The translations under genes were made by a program, and so were the position numbers. Below, one piece after another: positions 38,840 to 49,885 of a DNA stretch of 64,000 bases (position 1 is the stretch's first letter; each line of letters opens with the position of its first letter). Location of the stretch: positions 12,586,001 to 12,650,000 of the forward strand of contig OU015566.1 in NCBI GenBank assembly GCA_907165135.1, given 5' to 3'. Origin of the DNA: Oikopleura dioica (lineage: Eukaryota > Animalia > Chordata). Below the pieces are notes generated by a model that saw nothing but the letters and a program-made list of their open reading frames with translations, was not told the DNA's origin and searched no databases.

Positions 38840-41800
38840 TAGGCTTACCGCGGTGTTTTCTATTTTTCAGGCTCTTTTGAAAAATCTCCCCATACTTTCA
38901 GAACATATGCATCAAGACAAGCCTTGAAAAACTGCACTTGCAGAATTTTCGATATGAGTCATCTTACCCCCTTTTTTGGGGGATTTTTAGCAAGAAAAAA
39001 AGCACTAGTTTGATTAGAAGCGGCTTTTGAGTGCGTGCTAGATCGATTTTGATAATTTGATGCCTACCATGTGAAAGATAAGCGCAAGATGCATCGATAC
39101 ATATGAAATTTATTATTGCGGAGTACTTCCTTCATATGATTCTAGAGCTCCAAAGTTGACGCAAGCAGCCAGATACGAAAATCCAATATTATCAACTTCT
39201 GATATAAGCATGCTATGATGATGTTTTATAGCTCAAATTGAAGCTTATAAATTACTGAACAAAATGGTGTGGTATTTTTTTGACCAGCCGGTTGTGCTTC
39301 CGGTTCGTCGCGGTTCATACCCGGAAATAGGTCAAAATGTAGAAATATGTATATCAAATGAATTAATTTTCAACAGCGAATCTTTTGAACATATTCAGAA
39401 GTTCAACCGCCCGGTTATGATTGCGGTTCATGGTGGTTCATGGTGGTTCAAGCGCAGAAATGAACAAAATAGCAGCAATATGTATATCAAATTGAAACAT
39501 AAATTAAGAACATTCATAAAATCATTTAATAAGCCCGAACCAACCGGTTGTTCTCCCGGTAAATGGCGGTTCCAAACGGTTCAAGCCGGTTCAAGCTAAA
39601 AACATGCTCAAAGTGGTTCAATATGGTTATCACATGTATTCATTTACAATAGCGAAGCTTTCTAGCATATTATGAAATTCAACCGCCCGGTTATTCTTGC
39701 GGTTCATGGTGGTTAATCGTGGTTCAAGCCCAGACATGAACAAAATAGCATCAATATGCATATCAAATTGAATCTTGTATTAAGTACATTCGTCGAATCA
39801 TTGAATAAGCCCAAACCACCCGGTAACTCTCGTGGAAAAAGGCGGTTTCGGACGGTTCAAGCCGGTTAAAGCCGAATATATGCTCAAAGTGGTTCAATAT
39901 GTATATCAAATGAATGTTTATTAAAAAGCACGTCTTTTGAAACTTTAACGAGATCCGGACGCGTGGTAAAACACTAGATATGCGCAAACCGCCCGGTTTT
40001 AATCGATTTTGTCTCTTTAAACGGGCAAAAATAAGGTAAGGCCAGGCCCGTTTATTCAATTCAGTCTGAGACGGGGCCAAGCCGACCCGAAGGAAATAAA
40101 CGGGCCTGGTCTCCCCTTCGGGTCGGCTTGACCCCGTCTGAGACTGAATTGTATAACGGGCCTAGCCTGTCCTTCGGTTCGGCTTGGCCCCGTTGCAGAC
40201 TGAATTGAATAAACGGGCCTTGCCTCCTCTTCGGATCGGCTTGGCCCCGTCGCAGACTGAATTGAATAAACGGGCCTGGCCTCCCCTTCGGGTCGGCTTG
40301 GCTTCGTCTCAGACTGAATTGAATAAACGGGCCTGGCCTCCCCTTCGGGTCGGCTTGGCCCCGTCTCAGACTGCATTGTTTAAACGGGCCTGGCCTCCCC
40401 TTCGGGTCGGCTTGGCCCCGTCGCAGACTGAATTGAATAAACGGGCCTGGCCTCCCCTTCGGGTCGGCTTGGCCCCGTCTCAGACTGAATTGTATAACGG
40501 GCCTAGCCTGTCCTTCGGGTCGGCTTTGCCCCGTCGCAGACTGAATTGAATAAACGGGCCTTGCCTCCCCTTCGGGTCGGCTTGGCTTCGTCTCAGACTG
40601 AATTGAATAAACGGGCCTGGCCTCCCCTTCGGGTCGGCTTGGCCCCGTCTCAGACTTAATTGTTTGAACGGGCCTGGCCTCCCCTTCGGGTCGGCTTGGC
40701 CCCGTCGCAGACTGAATTGAATAAATGGGCCTGGCCTCCCCTTCGGGTCGGCTTGGCCCCGTGGCAGACTGAATTGTTTGAACGGGCCTGGCCTCCCCTT
40801 CGGGTCGGCTTGGCCCCGTCTCAGACTGAATTGTATAAACGGGCCTGGCCTTCCCTTCGGGTCGGCTTGGCCCCGTCGCAGACTGAATCGAATAAACGGG
40901 CCTGGCCTCCCCTTCGGGTCGGCTTGGCCCCGTCGCAGACTGAATTGAATAAACGGGCCTTGCCTCCCCTTCGGGTCGGCTTGGCCCCGTCTCAGACTGA
41001 ATTGAATAAACGGGCCTGGCCTTTCCTTATTTTTGCCCGTTTAAAGAGACAAAATCGATTAAAACCGGGCGGTTTGCGCATATTCAGTGTTTTACCACGC
41101 GTCCGGATCTCGTTAAAGTTTCAAAAGACGTGCTTTTTAATAAACATTCATTTGATATACATATTGAACCACTTTGAGCATATATTCGGCTTTAACCGGC
41201 TTGAACCGTCCGAAACCGCCTTTTTCCACGAGAGTTACCGGGTGGTTTGGGCTTATTCAATGATTCGACGAATGTACTTAATACAAGATTCAATTTGATA
41301 TGCATATTGATGCTATTTTGTTCATGTCTGGGCTTGAACCACGATTAACAACCATGAACCGCAAGAATAACCGGGCGGTTGAATTTCATAATATGCTAGA
41401 AAGCTTCGCTATTGTAAATGAATACATGTGATAACCATATTGAACCACTTTGAGCATGTTTTTAGCTTGAACCGGCTTGAACCGTTTGGAACCGCCATTT
41501 ACCGGGAGAACAACCGGTTGGTTCGGGCTTATTAAATGATTTTATGAATGTTCTTAATTTATGTTTCAATTTGATATACATATTGCTGCTATTTTGTTCA
41601 TTTCTGCGCTTGAACCACCATGAACCACCATGAACCGCAATCATAACCGGGCGGTTGAACTTCTGAATATGTTCAAAAGATTCGCTGTTGAAAATTAATT
41701 CATTTGATATACATATTTCTACATTTTGACCTATTTCCGGGTATGAACCGCGACGAACCGGAAGCACAACCGGCTGGTCAAAAAAATACCACACCATTTT

Positions 41801-42222
41801 GTTCAGTAATTTATAAGCTTCAATTTGAGCTATAAAACATCATCATAGCATGCTTATATCAGAAGTTGATAATATTGGATTTTCGTATCTGGCTGCTTGC
41901 GTCAACTTTGGAGCTCTAGAATCATATGAAGGAAGTACTCCGCAATAATAAATTTCATATGTATCGATGCATCTTGCGCTTATCTTTCACATGGTAGGCA
42001 TCAAATTATCAAAATCGATCTAGCACGCACTCAAAAGCCGCTTCTAATCAAACTAGTGCTTTTTTTCTTGCTAAAAATCCCCCAAAAAAGGGGGTAAGAT
42101 GACTCATATCGAAAATTCTGCAAGTGCAGTTTTTCAAGGCTTGTCTTGATGCATATGTTCTGAAAGTATGGGGAGATTTTTCAAAAGAACCTTGAAAATC
42201 GAAAAACACCGCGGTAAGCCTA
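38840..42222. mobile_element. 3383-bp hAT-like foldback element with ~1.25-kb inverted arms and a central minisatellite; no transposase
   Basis: TAGGC...GCCTA termini; 8-bp TSD AACATATT at 38832-38839 and 42223-42230. Arms 38840-~40093 and ~40968-42222 are near-identical reverse complements (identical 111-aa ORFs at 39264+ and 41797-). Confidence 0.92.
40096..41020. repeat. Tandem array of about 16 GC-rich 57-bp units
   Basis: Unit AAACGGGCCTGGCCTCCCCTTCGGGTCGGCTTGGCCCCGTCGCAGACTGAATTGAAT; the 19-aa periodicity in the ORF track reflects it. Confidence 0.93.
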
Positions 42223-42626
42223 AACATATTCTTGGTGATCTCTCTAATGCTTTGTAAAAGAATGGAATAGAAAGCTAGAATTACCCGCATTCTTCACAAT
42301 TTTGATCCGTACAAGTGTCGGAAAAGAAGAACTCTTCGGTGATGCTGAAATTTATTCTTTCCATGCGATGCTATCTCTCGATGTTTTGCAAATGAGAGCC
42401 CTAAATCCCGCTAGAACTTGTTTTTAATACAGTGAGTCTCTAAGACGTTTATATTTTTCACAACAATTGAGGTTATCTAGAGCCTTTTTATCGCATCGAA
42501 ACGATCAAAAATCGAGAAATCAAAAAAATAAATCAAATTTATTTTCAGAATTTAAATAGTAGTTAGTACAGTAATCAGGTTAGTTTTCATCAGTCATTCG
42601 AACATGTTACTAAAGTCCTCGACTTT

Positions 42627-43264
42627 TTAACAATTGTGGCTTCCAGCAGTAGAGGTCGTGGAAACGTAGGCCTTGGCTCCTGAATTCTTCAATCGGCATT
42701 CGTTAGTGTTCTCGTTCCAGTCGTAGAGCATGCATTCGGGGATCATGTCGCAGATCCATTGGCAGCCCTCGACGGCAGCGGTGAATTTCTTGAACTTGGG
42801 GTCGAGATCTTGGTCTGCTCCTTGGAATTCGACCGCGCTCATCATACAGTCGTCTAAGAAAAGTTTGATTATAACCGGAAAAAAGGGAAAATCTTACTAT
42901 CGCCGCACATGTGCGATCCAGAAACAGCATTGCTGTCCTCAGAGATGACTGGGGCATCATCGGAGGTGATCAAAAGACACTTGTGAGTTCCGTTCTTGTG
43001 ACCTCGGACGTTTGAGTGACCGTGGTTGTCGTAGTGGAACGTCCAGTTTTTGCACTCTTCGTAGACGGTGCAGAGCTCCCAGCATTCCTTGGCGGATTCT
43101 GTGTAGACCATTTCGTTCTGGCTCTGGTTGGAGAACATGGAGATTCCCTTGAGAAACATGTTTATGGAAGGGTTGAAAAGATAAGATCTCACCTTGACAT
43201 AGCAAAAGCTCTCCAAATTGGCTCTGAGAGGAAGAGCACCAGCCAAACCGTTTGCAAGGGCCAT
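42627..43264 (-). CDS. Small protein with two PAN/apple domains
   Basis: ESAKECWELCTVYEECKNWTF...CLL and AVEGCQWICDMIPECMLYDW...ECRLK, each ending in SGSH(M/N)C; short GT-AG introns. Confidence 0.8.
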
Positions 43265-44476
43265 TTTTTGTTAGATATAACTCTATATTCTCTTTGAAAA
43301 ATAAAGTAACAAGAGTGCTAAAATCAGGAGTTTTTATGCGGCCAGGATTGAGCCTGGCGCACGCGAGCAAAGAGCGCTCATGATGCGACACAACGTGGAG
43401 ACGAGAGTTGTGTTATTACGATTGACTATCGTAATTTTAGAGGATGAGCGTTTGAAGGTGGACATCAGCACTGTTGGCGGATGTTGGCGGACACTATTTT
43501 TCCAAAGGTAAATTTTGATAAGCTATCGTATCAGCTCAAAAACATGGATTTTGCCTCCGACGATCCAAAAGTGGCTTCCTGACTTTCTATCCTTTCCAGT
43601 CATTTTTGATGAAAGTTGCGAATTTCTTTAAGACAGAATACAACAGAAGCTTTCTATAGCTTTCAGAGAATTATTGCTCTGCGGTCCCTTGGAATAGGGT
43701 CTAAAGAAAATTCTTTCCTAATGGCTAAAAATGAGAGTCTTCTCATTAGTAAAATAGCTAATAATAACTCTGAGAAGCAAATTCTCACACACGCCTTTGC
43801 AATTTGACAATGTCCATTTTTCACATTGTCGTTTTTGGGCAAAACAGATTGTTAGTTCTATGGGATAATTGACAGCAGTCGTCTAAGACAAAGACAGCCA
43901 GACTAAACCAGTCATCAAGCGGCTGAAAAAATCTTTTTATTTCAGTAATTTGAAGAAGCAAGCCTGGAAGGTTCCATTTTTAAAACGGATAATGACCGCT
44001 GTGTTTTTACGGAAAGCTTTTAATATTTACTCAGCGCTGAACGAATATTTTCGTGAACCTTTTTTTAGTACTCCGACAGCCACGTTGTTCTAAGCTAAAA
44101 ATATTGGAGAAGACACGATATACATGAAGCGTTGATGATACAACAATCGAGCGCGATATTTTTATATTATTCTCAGAATTGATTTTTGTGTCAATATTTC
44201 AATGCAAACATAAAACGTTCAAAGAACCCGTATTTCTAAGTACAGAGAGGATTCTAGTGAACTCTAAATTTTCGAAATTCGAACCAAGATTGAAGATTCT
44301 AGTGAAACCTTAAACTCATATCAACTTCGTCAACTTCCGACTCTAAAAATTAAGCGTTCAAATTTATCAGTGTTCATCAGAAATCAAGGAATCTCTGTAT
44401 TTTATTGATAATAAGGGTACAGACGAGGGATAATGGCAAGTTTTTTTCGTCGTCAGGAGAAGTTACTGTTTAATTA

Positions 44477-47400
44477 TTATTTGTTGAAATAGCTCATGAA
44501 GGAATTTCGCATATCACGAATTTTTTCTGCGTTTTCGCCGTCCAAGGGGTTGGGGACAAATGTATTCTAGCAATGTTTTAGTACTCAGGTTCTTTCATGA
44601 AGCAGTCTTGCCTTTCTAGCCGAACTGGGCGAATTGGGCAACGATTGCCTAACTTTCGGGGTTGGTCGCTCTGGAGTACAGGGCTCACTCACCATTTTCT
44701 TAATTAAAAGAATAAGCTCTTCTTTGATAGAGGTAAAATCCAACCTTGTGGTGCGGATTCACGACCGTCTGCCCAGCACTAAAATCATATTTATTCGCAT
44801 CAGTTATCTTCGTTACGTGATTATATAACTGTTAAAGTGCACAAGAAGAAAAGGTTAATAGAAGGCAAGAAGAGTAGTTTGGAGAATATAAAAGGGACAG
44901 AAAAGAGACAGAATGAAGAAAGATGTGGTAAACGGTGCCGGTTAGACATGACATAAACTCACTTTTTTGCTATCGACTGCGGCCGGCTCGCTAAAGAATA
45001 CGTTAAAGATTGATGTTTGGAAAAATGCGCTTTAATAAACACACGTTGAATAGGTTTAACTTTAAAAATCAACATATAAGACGGGACGAATCAATTCTTA
45101 ATTTTCATCGAAAAATAATCCTCTCACTTTATTTCAAACAAAAACATACATTACGCAACATATAATCCATTTTACCGAGCTCCATTTTCTTGACAATCAC
45201 ATCCGCAATCAGTGCTTCATCATTTTGAGCCGCTACAGTTTGTAAATTCAGCCAACTGCTCTCGACGTTCACGATGATATCCCGACCATCAGCAGTGTGG
45301 ATCGCCCGTATTCCAGCTATTCGAAGAAAAGTTAATCAAGAAGACATTTTATGCATCGTCTGATATTGCTACTAGCAGATCATGTGCATGCATTTTTGAT
45401 GCAATTATAGTAATTGATGCATTTCTTACCAATGTCAAGTCCACCAAATAGCTCGCAAACTGCATCTATCCACAGTTTATACCTTTTTAAGATGCTCAAT
45501 GTTGCGAAAATTAGCTCAAAGCTGAGCAAACTTTTAGCTAAGCCGAGAAAGTTTGCTTATTAATTTTGTGAAGAAAAAAAACGTGAGGGTTTGTTTTTAA
45601 AGAGATTTTGATCTTTGTAGGTCACGGATTTTGAATTACACGATTTGACATAGATAACATCATAAACTCAAGATTGCGTCTTCTGCTTTGAGAGAGCATC
45701 CTTTCCTTGGAGTTATTTCAACGCGCTCGACCACAGGATTCCCTTCTTGAGGCGAGGTGCGGACATAGACGGAGTAGATTCCGCCAATTCGCGTGACGTG
45801 GAGCTCGTAAGCCGCTTTCACCAGTGGCTCGACCATGATGTAGTCGTCGATTTGTTGCAAGATTGGAATGATGTCTTCTACCTGTTCGCGGTTTCTAATC
45901 CGCAGTCGGGCGTCTTAGAAGTATTTTGGGAATTGATGATGAAGTAGCTTCGTTACCTGATCTATTTGAAGAGCTGACAATTGCGGGAAAGTCGCGGAAT
46001 CGACGGAGACTATTAGCATTGGGCATAAATGTGGTCGTTGTCACGGGAAACTCTTCAAAAGAAAATGTTAGGCGGATTCTTAAGAATCTATTTGAGCGAA
46101 TTTTGGGATGTCGAGCAGAATGGCCCGACCTACTCCCGCATGAGGGCGCCAGGTGCGCGGAGGACTCTGAATCCTCCGAACTTTGCGAGTCCAGGGAGAA
46201 CTGATGAGTTGGCGATAAGCCCTAAATACGATAATCGAGCCTTCCACCTGGGAGTGAGCGCAGCAGGGGCGGACGGGATACTTTTGTTCTACCCATGTTA
46301 GTATTAATTCTAGAGGCGAGTAGGAGTGATGGCCTTCTTTCTATGAGACATATATATATCAGAAGAAAGCTTTTCGCGCACAGAACATAGATTTTACGGA
46401 GGAGCAAAACGAGAAAGCTACGCTCCAAGTCTTGGATCAAAAATTGATTTTGACGTTTGATTTAGATTCAGCGCAAAATCTTACCTTTGAAAAGTTTTTC
46501 TAGTTTATTTATAATTTCATAAAAATGTGCGCGAAAAATCAGTCTAACGAAATTTTGCTCCTGCAGGGGGTACTACGCAGTCAGAAATGATAGCGGTGTT
46601 TGAACAGAGATTGACACACTTCACGCTAGGATTAGGCGGCTTCGCGCTCCCTTCCTTACTTGCCCACCCGCTGAGTAATTCATGGAGGTTCTCCATCTGC
46701 GCTCCCCTGCGCACTCTCCTCCGGCGCCATGCTCAGGGCGCTCTTCAACCTCTTTTCCGTTCTTCCACCTCTTTTCCGCGCGCCCTCTTGCGGATGAAGG
46801 TCGGGCCATTATGCTTTTACCCCGAATTTTGAGCTGATCAACTTTAGCGAGAACAAAATAACAGCGAAAAAACAAGGGTTTTTCTATGTTAATTCTGAGA
46901 TATACACTTTCTATTGGAAAGTAAGTACCTGCTCCAAATCGCATTCGTATCCTAGCAAGCTGGGCAAAAACCCATGGCGGGTCGAACATGTTATAAATTG
47001 AGTGGAGCGAGTTAATCGACGGAATCCCACCGAGCTTCAGTCCCAAAAGAACGCTTCGATGCTGCTTGGTCAATGGTTGTTGTCGGATGAGAATGAAGTC
47101 GGGGCGGAAACGAATTTCTTTGTTTTCTTCCCTGAGTTTTCTCGAACACGCCTTTTTTGAGGTTGGAAAAGAAAAGCGGATGAAAAGGTCACGGAAAAGC
47201 GACATGCGCGCACGTCAGGTTCTTAGATTGTCTGATCCAACCCAAACCTGGACCATGCCCTCATTAGTGGCGATAATAGTCAAATCATCGAACGTATGCT
47301 GCTCAACTCTGAATCTCATCCCTTGAACCGTCTTATTCGCAAAAGCCTTCCCCCTTGGGAGAGAATTTTACTCGCTGCTTATTGGAAAAGTTGTCGTTCT

Positions 47401-48554
47401 TACCAATCTGTCGCGCGATTTTCGATAACCAGTAGGCATTTTGACGACGAGTCCTGAAATAAACATTTGCATATGCGCAACTACTGTAAAATAAGACATA
47501 CAGATGGACAGTGAGATGGATACGTGGGTTCAACTGGGGAGATGCGCTTATTTGAATATAATCGCCTGGGAAATGAGAATAATTGATTCTCGCCCAAGGG
47601 TAGATTCTTATTCAAAGAAACATGCTGTACAAATGAGCTTTAATTACTGATTCGACTTACTGTTTTTTGGCCGACATTGACAGCACTAGCCATGTTTGAA
47701 AGAAAATTAGATGCAGTAGAAGCAGCGTTCGACAAATTCGGCCCTGATGAGTGGGAAACTCTCTCGGCTGGATTGCTAAGAAAACGCTGTTTCAGATTGA
47801 TAGAAATGCATAGTATACGTTTTCGATTATTTTTTAATAGTCTTTTGAGTCATATATTGACATATTACTTCATGATGCCGCTGAAGAATCCGGCTTTGCT
47901 TTTTTGCGGCTGATCGGTCGATTGTTGTGTCATTTCACCTTGTCTTTTAAAAGGGATGAAATATGCAGAGTCAAAGAAATACAGTGAACTCGCTTTTACT
48001 GTCAATTTAAGTGACGGTATTTAATTACGCAGTCGTTTATGAACTTGTGGCGCGTCAAACTTGCGGCTCCCTTGAGTCCCATCAGAAGCCGCAATTCGTC
48101 TTTACTAAGGGTGTACCCACTCAAAGATTGGGACAAATTTGAAATCGATGTGTTGCCTCAGGAGGCGGCTTTGTGACCACTCTTGGCTAGTTAATTATTA
48201 ATTGCACGCTTTTTCTCTCCCTCCTCATCCCCTTTCCTTGATATTCCTGTGGAATCTGACGCTCTGCTTGCTAAAGAATTTGTAGTAGAACTCGCTGTTG
48301 GGACCATGTATCCATTAGTAGGAGCAGCGTCCATCGTCGAGGAGGGTTGACCGTCAGCGCCGGTTAAACCCAAGTTTGTCTCAGACAGTCTCTAGAATTA
48401 TCTCTTTGTTAGAAAAGCGACCCTAGTTTATAAGGTTTATTTTTAATCGAATTAAAAATGAAGCGCTTTCTCTCAAAGAGAATTTCTCTTTTTCTACTTT
48501 TTTTCTCGTTGATTTTTTAAATTCCAAGAAGCTTACCCTTCTTATGTACTCCAT
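44477..48554 (-). CDS. SYN: Synapsin (a-type: domains A, C, Pro-rich linker, E), at least 9 exons; linker exons not fully resolved
   Basis: Domain A MEYIRR|RLSETNL...PTNGYM; domain C KCLLVIENRATDW|GKAF...VEQHTFDDL, FRPDFILIRQ, GGIPSINSLHSIYN..D.PWVFAQL, R|YKLWIDAVCELFGGLDI; domain E NAEKIRDMRNSFMSYFNK-stop. Confidence 0.9.
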
Positions 48555-49129
48555 GAATAATTCGTCTTCAAATTGTTTCTCTCGTTGTTGACGGGCAAGA
48601 TTTGTCGACAAGGGATTTTTCCTGTGTCAATCGGTAAGGGAGCACGGCTCGCGAGCGCCTCGGCTATTTGGAGAAAAAGGGATTAGAAAACATAAGTCAA
48701 GCAATTTAGCCCATTCAGAATATACACTCATCAGTCAAAATTTCAATATCGATTGCGCGAAAAAAAGGTTCCGAAAAAAGGGCCCGAAACAATTTTTCAG
48801 GTCTAAAAGGGCTCGACCTCTCTATCCCCCAACCGGGCCTAACCCTAACCCTAATCCTTACGGTAAGGACCTTACCTTTTATTGAAGAAGAATCTCTCTA
48901 AATCACCAGCTTTTCATTTATGAAGAAAAGTTAACAACGGACAAGATATCAAAAAACGATAACACCAAAAACAGTACATAGATGCGTGTCGATGAGGGAT
49001 GAGCACTAGCGGAGCGCCAGAGATCGATCGGGAAAATTGAATTGAAATGAAGTTGTCTTTTATCACTACAATTACTGTATTGCTCAGTATTACTTTTTGC
49101 GCTGTAATGAAATTGAGAACTCAAGGAAC

Positions 49130-49740
49130 ATTTTTTACGTGACTGTATTATCAGAAGCTGACTTGTAAAAAGGTGCCAAGACTTGATTTCGGCATTCTCA
49201 CAATAAAACGATCGTCGATCGTTGATCGTGTCGCATTCAACGCTTGGAGTGTATGGCGGCAAAAGAGTCACTGTTGTTCTCGCTGTCGTGGACGTCGCTC
49301 AAAGCCTTCCGGATGATCTGAGAGGGTAATTGAATTGGATCCCTTTTTGGAACGTACTTACGGTATCGCAATTCTTGCCGTATCTGCCGCTCAATCATTG
49401 GCACCAATAACTGTTCCACTTATTCTCGCAATTCGCACTTCCCGACGCAAAGCATGGTTCCAGGATCTCGCATTTATTGAGCCGCGTGTACATGAAGTGA
49501 TCCGTTTGATCCTGGTCGCCGAACACTTCAAAAGCCTCGGTCCAGTCGCAAGTTTCTTCGTTGCATTCTCGCTCAAGATCTACCGCTTGCTATTTTATTA
49601 TACAAAAAATTAATATAAAAAGCATCTCTTACTCTGTCTTCTCAAAGAATGTACTGGCTTCCTCTTTGCTTATTTCTGGAATACCTCCGACAGCCATGGA
49701 ACTCAAAGGAAAAATACTCAAAAACTTCCGTAAAACGTTA
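49130..49740 (-). pseudogene. Decayed tandem copy of the Gla-EGF-ZP gene
   Basis: High similarity to 51227-52158 but no ATG, +1 frameshift in the propeptide exon, TGT->TGA at an EGF Cys (49395-49397), 7-bp duplication, and a deletion joining KSSLG directly to the tail sequence. Confidence 0.85.
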
Positions 49741-49885
49741 TTCTTCGAAATAGCGCGTCTTTTTTGCTATGAAGCTTTTTAGATAATTGTTTTTGAGATG
49801 TTAGATAAGAAAAATTTTCCATCAGCAGAGGGACAGCCTTTCTGGGTCTCCGAAAATATTTTTTATTCAAACAACAATAACACCG

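Larger units (their letters stand above)
38189..42364 (-). pseudogene. Zinc-finger / coiled-coil / C-terminal RING-HC gene interrupted in exon 2 by the 38840-42222 insertion
   Basis: Removing the element and one TSD restores MERINFSITEEFFFSDTCTDQNCEECG|IREITKNMFDKVTFCRIDAPVLLLCENC; downstream CPAKNC..H..CC and RING CKIC...CSHQFCYGC...CQTC. Confidence 0.8.

Noticed and set aside
40096-41020. CRISPR-like array
   Set aside because: Units are contiguous with no unique spacers, there are no cas genes, and the context is eukaryotic.
39264-41797. ORFs in the foldback arms and array (111, 105, 121, 212 aa)
   Set aside because: They are mirror-image or 19-aa periodic products of the repeat and show no transposase motifs.
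45660-47205. Initially read as retrotransposon remnants
   Set aside because: No RT, integrase or gag motifs; the fragments splice into synapsin domain C.
47677-47913. + strand ORF MFERKLDAVEAAFDKFG inside a synapsin intron
   Set aside because: Coding-like but short, with no recognisable motif or supporting exons; cannot be supported as a gene.
49395-49397. In-frame TGA at a conserved Cys read as selenocysteine
   Set aside because: The same copy also lacks an ATG and has frameshifts and a large deletion, so a nonsense mutation is far more likely.
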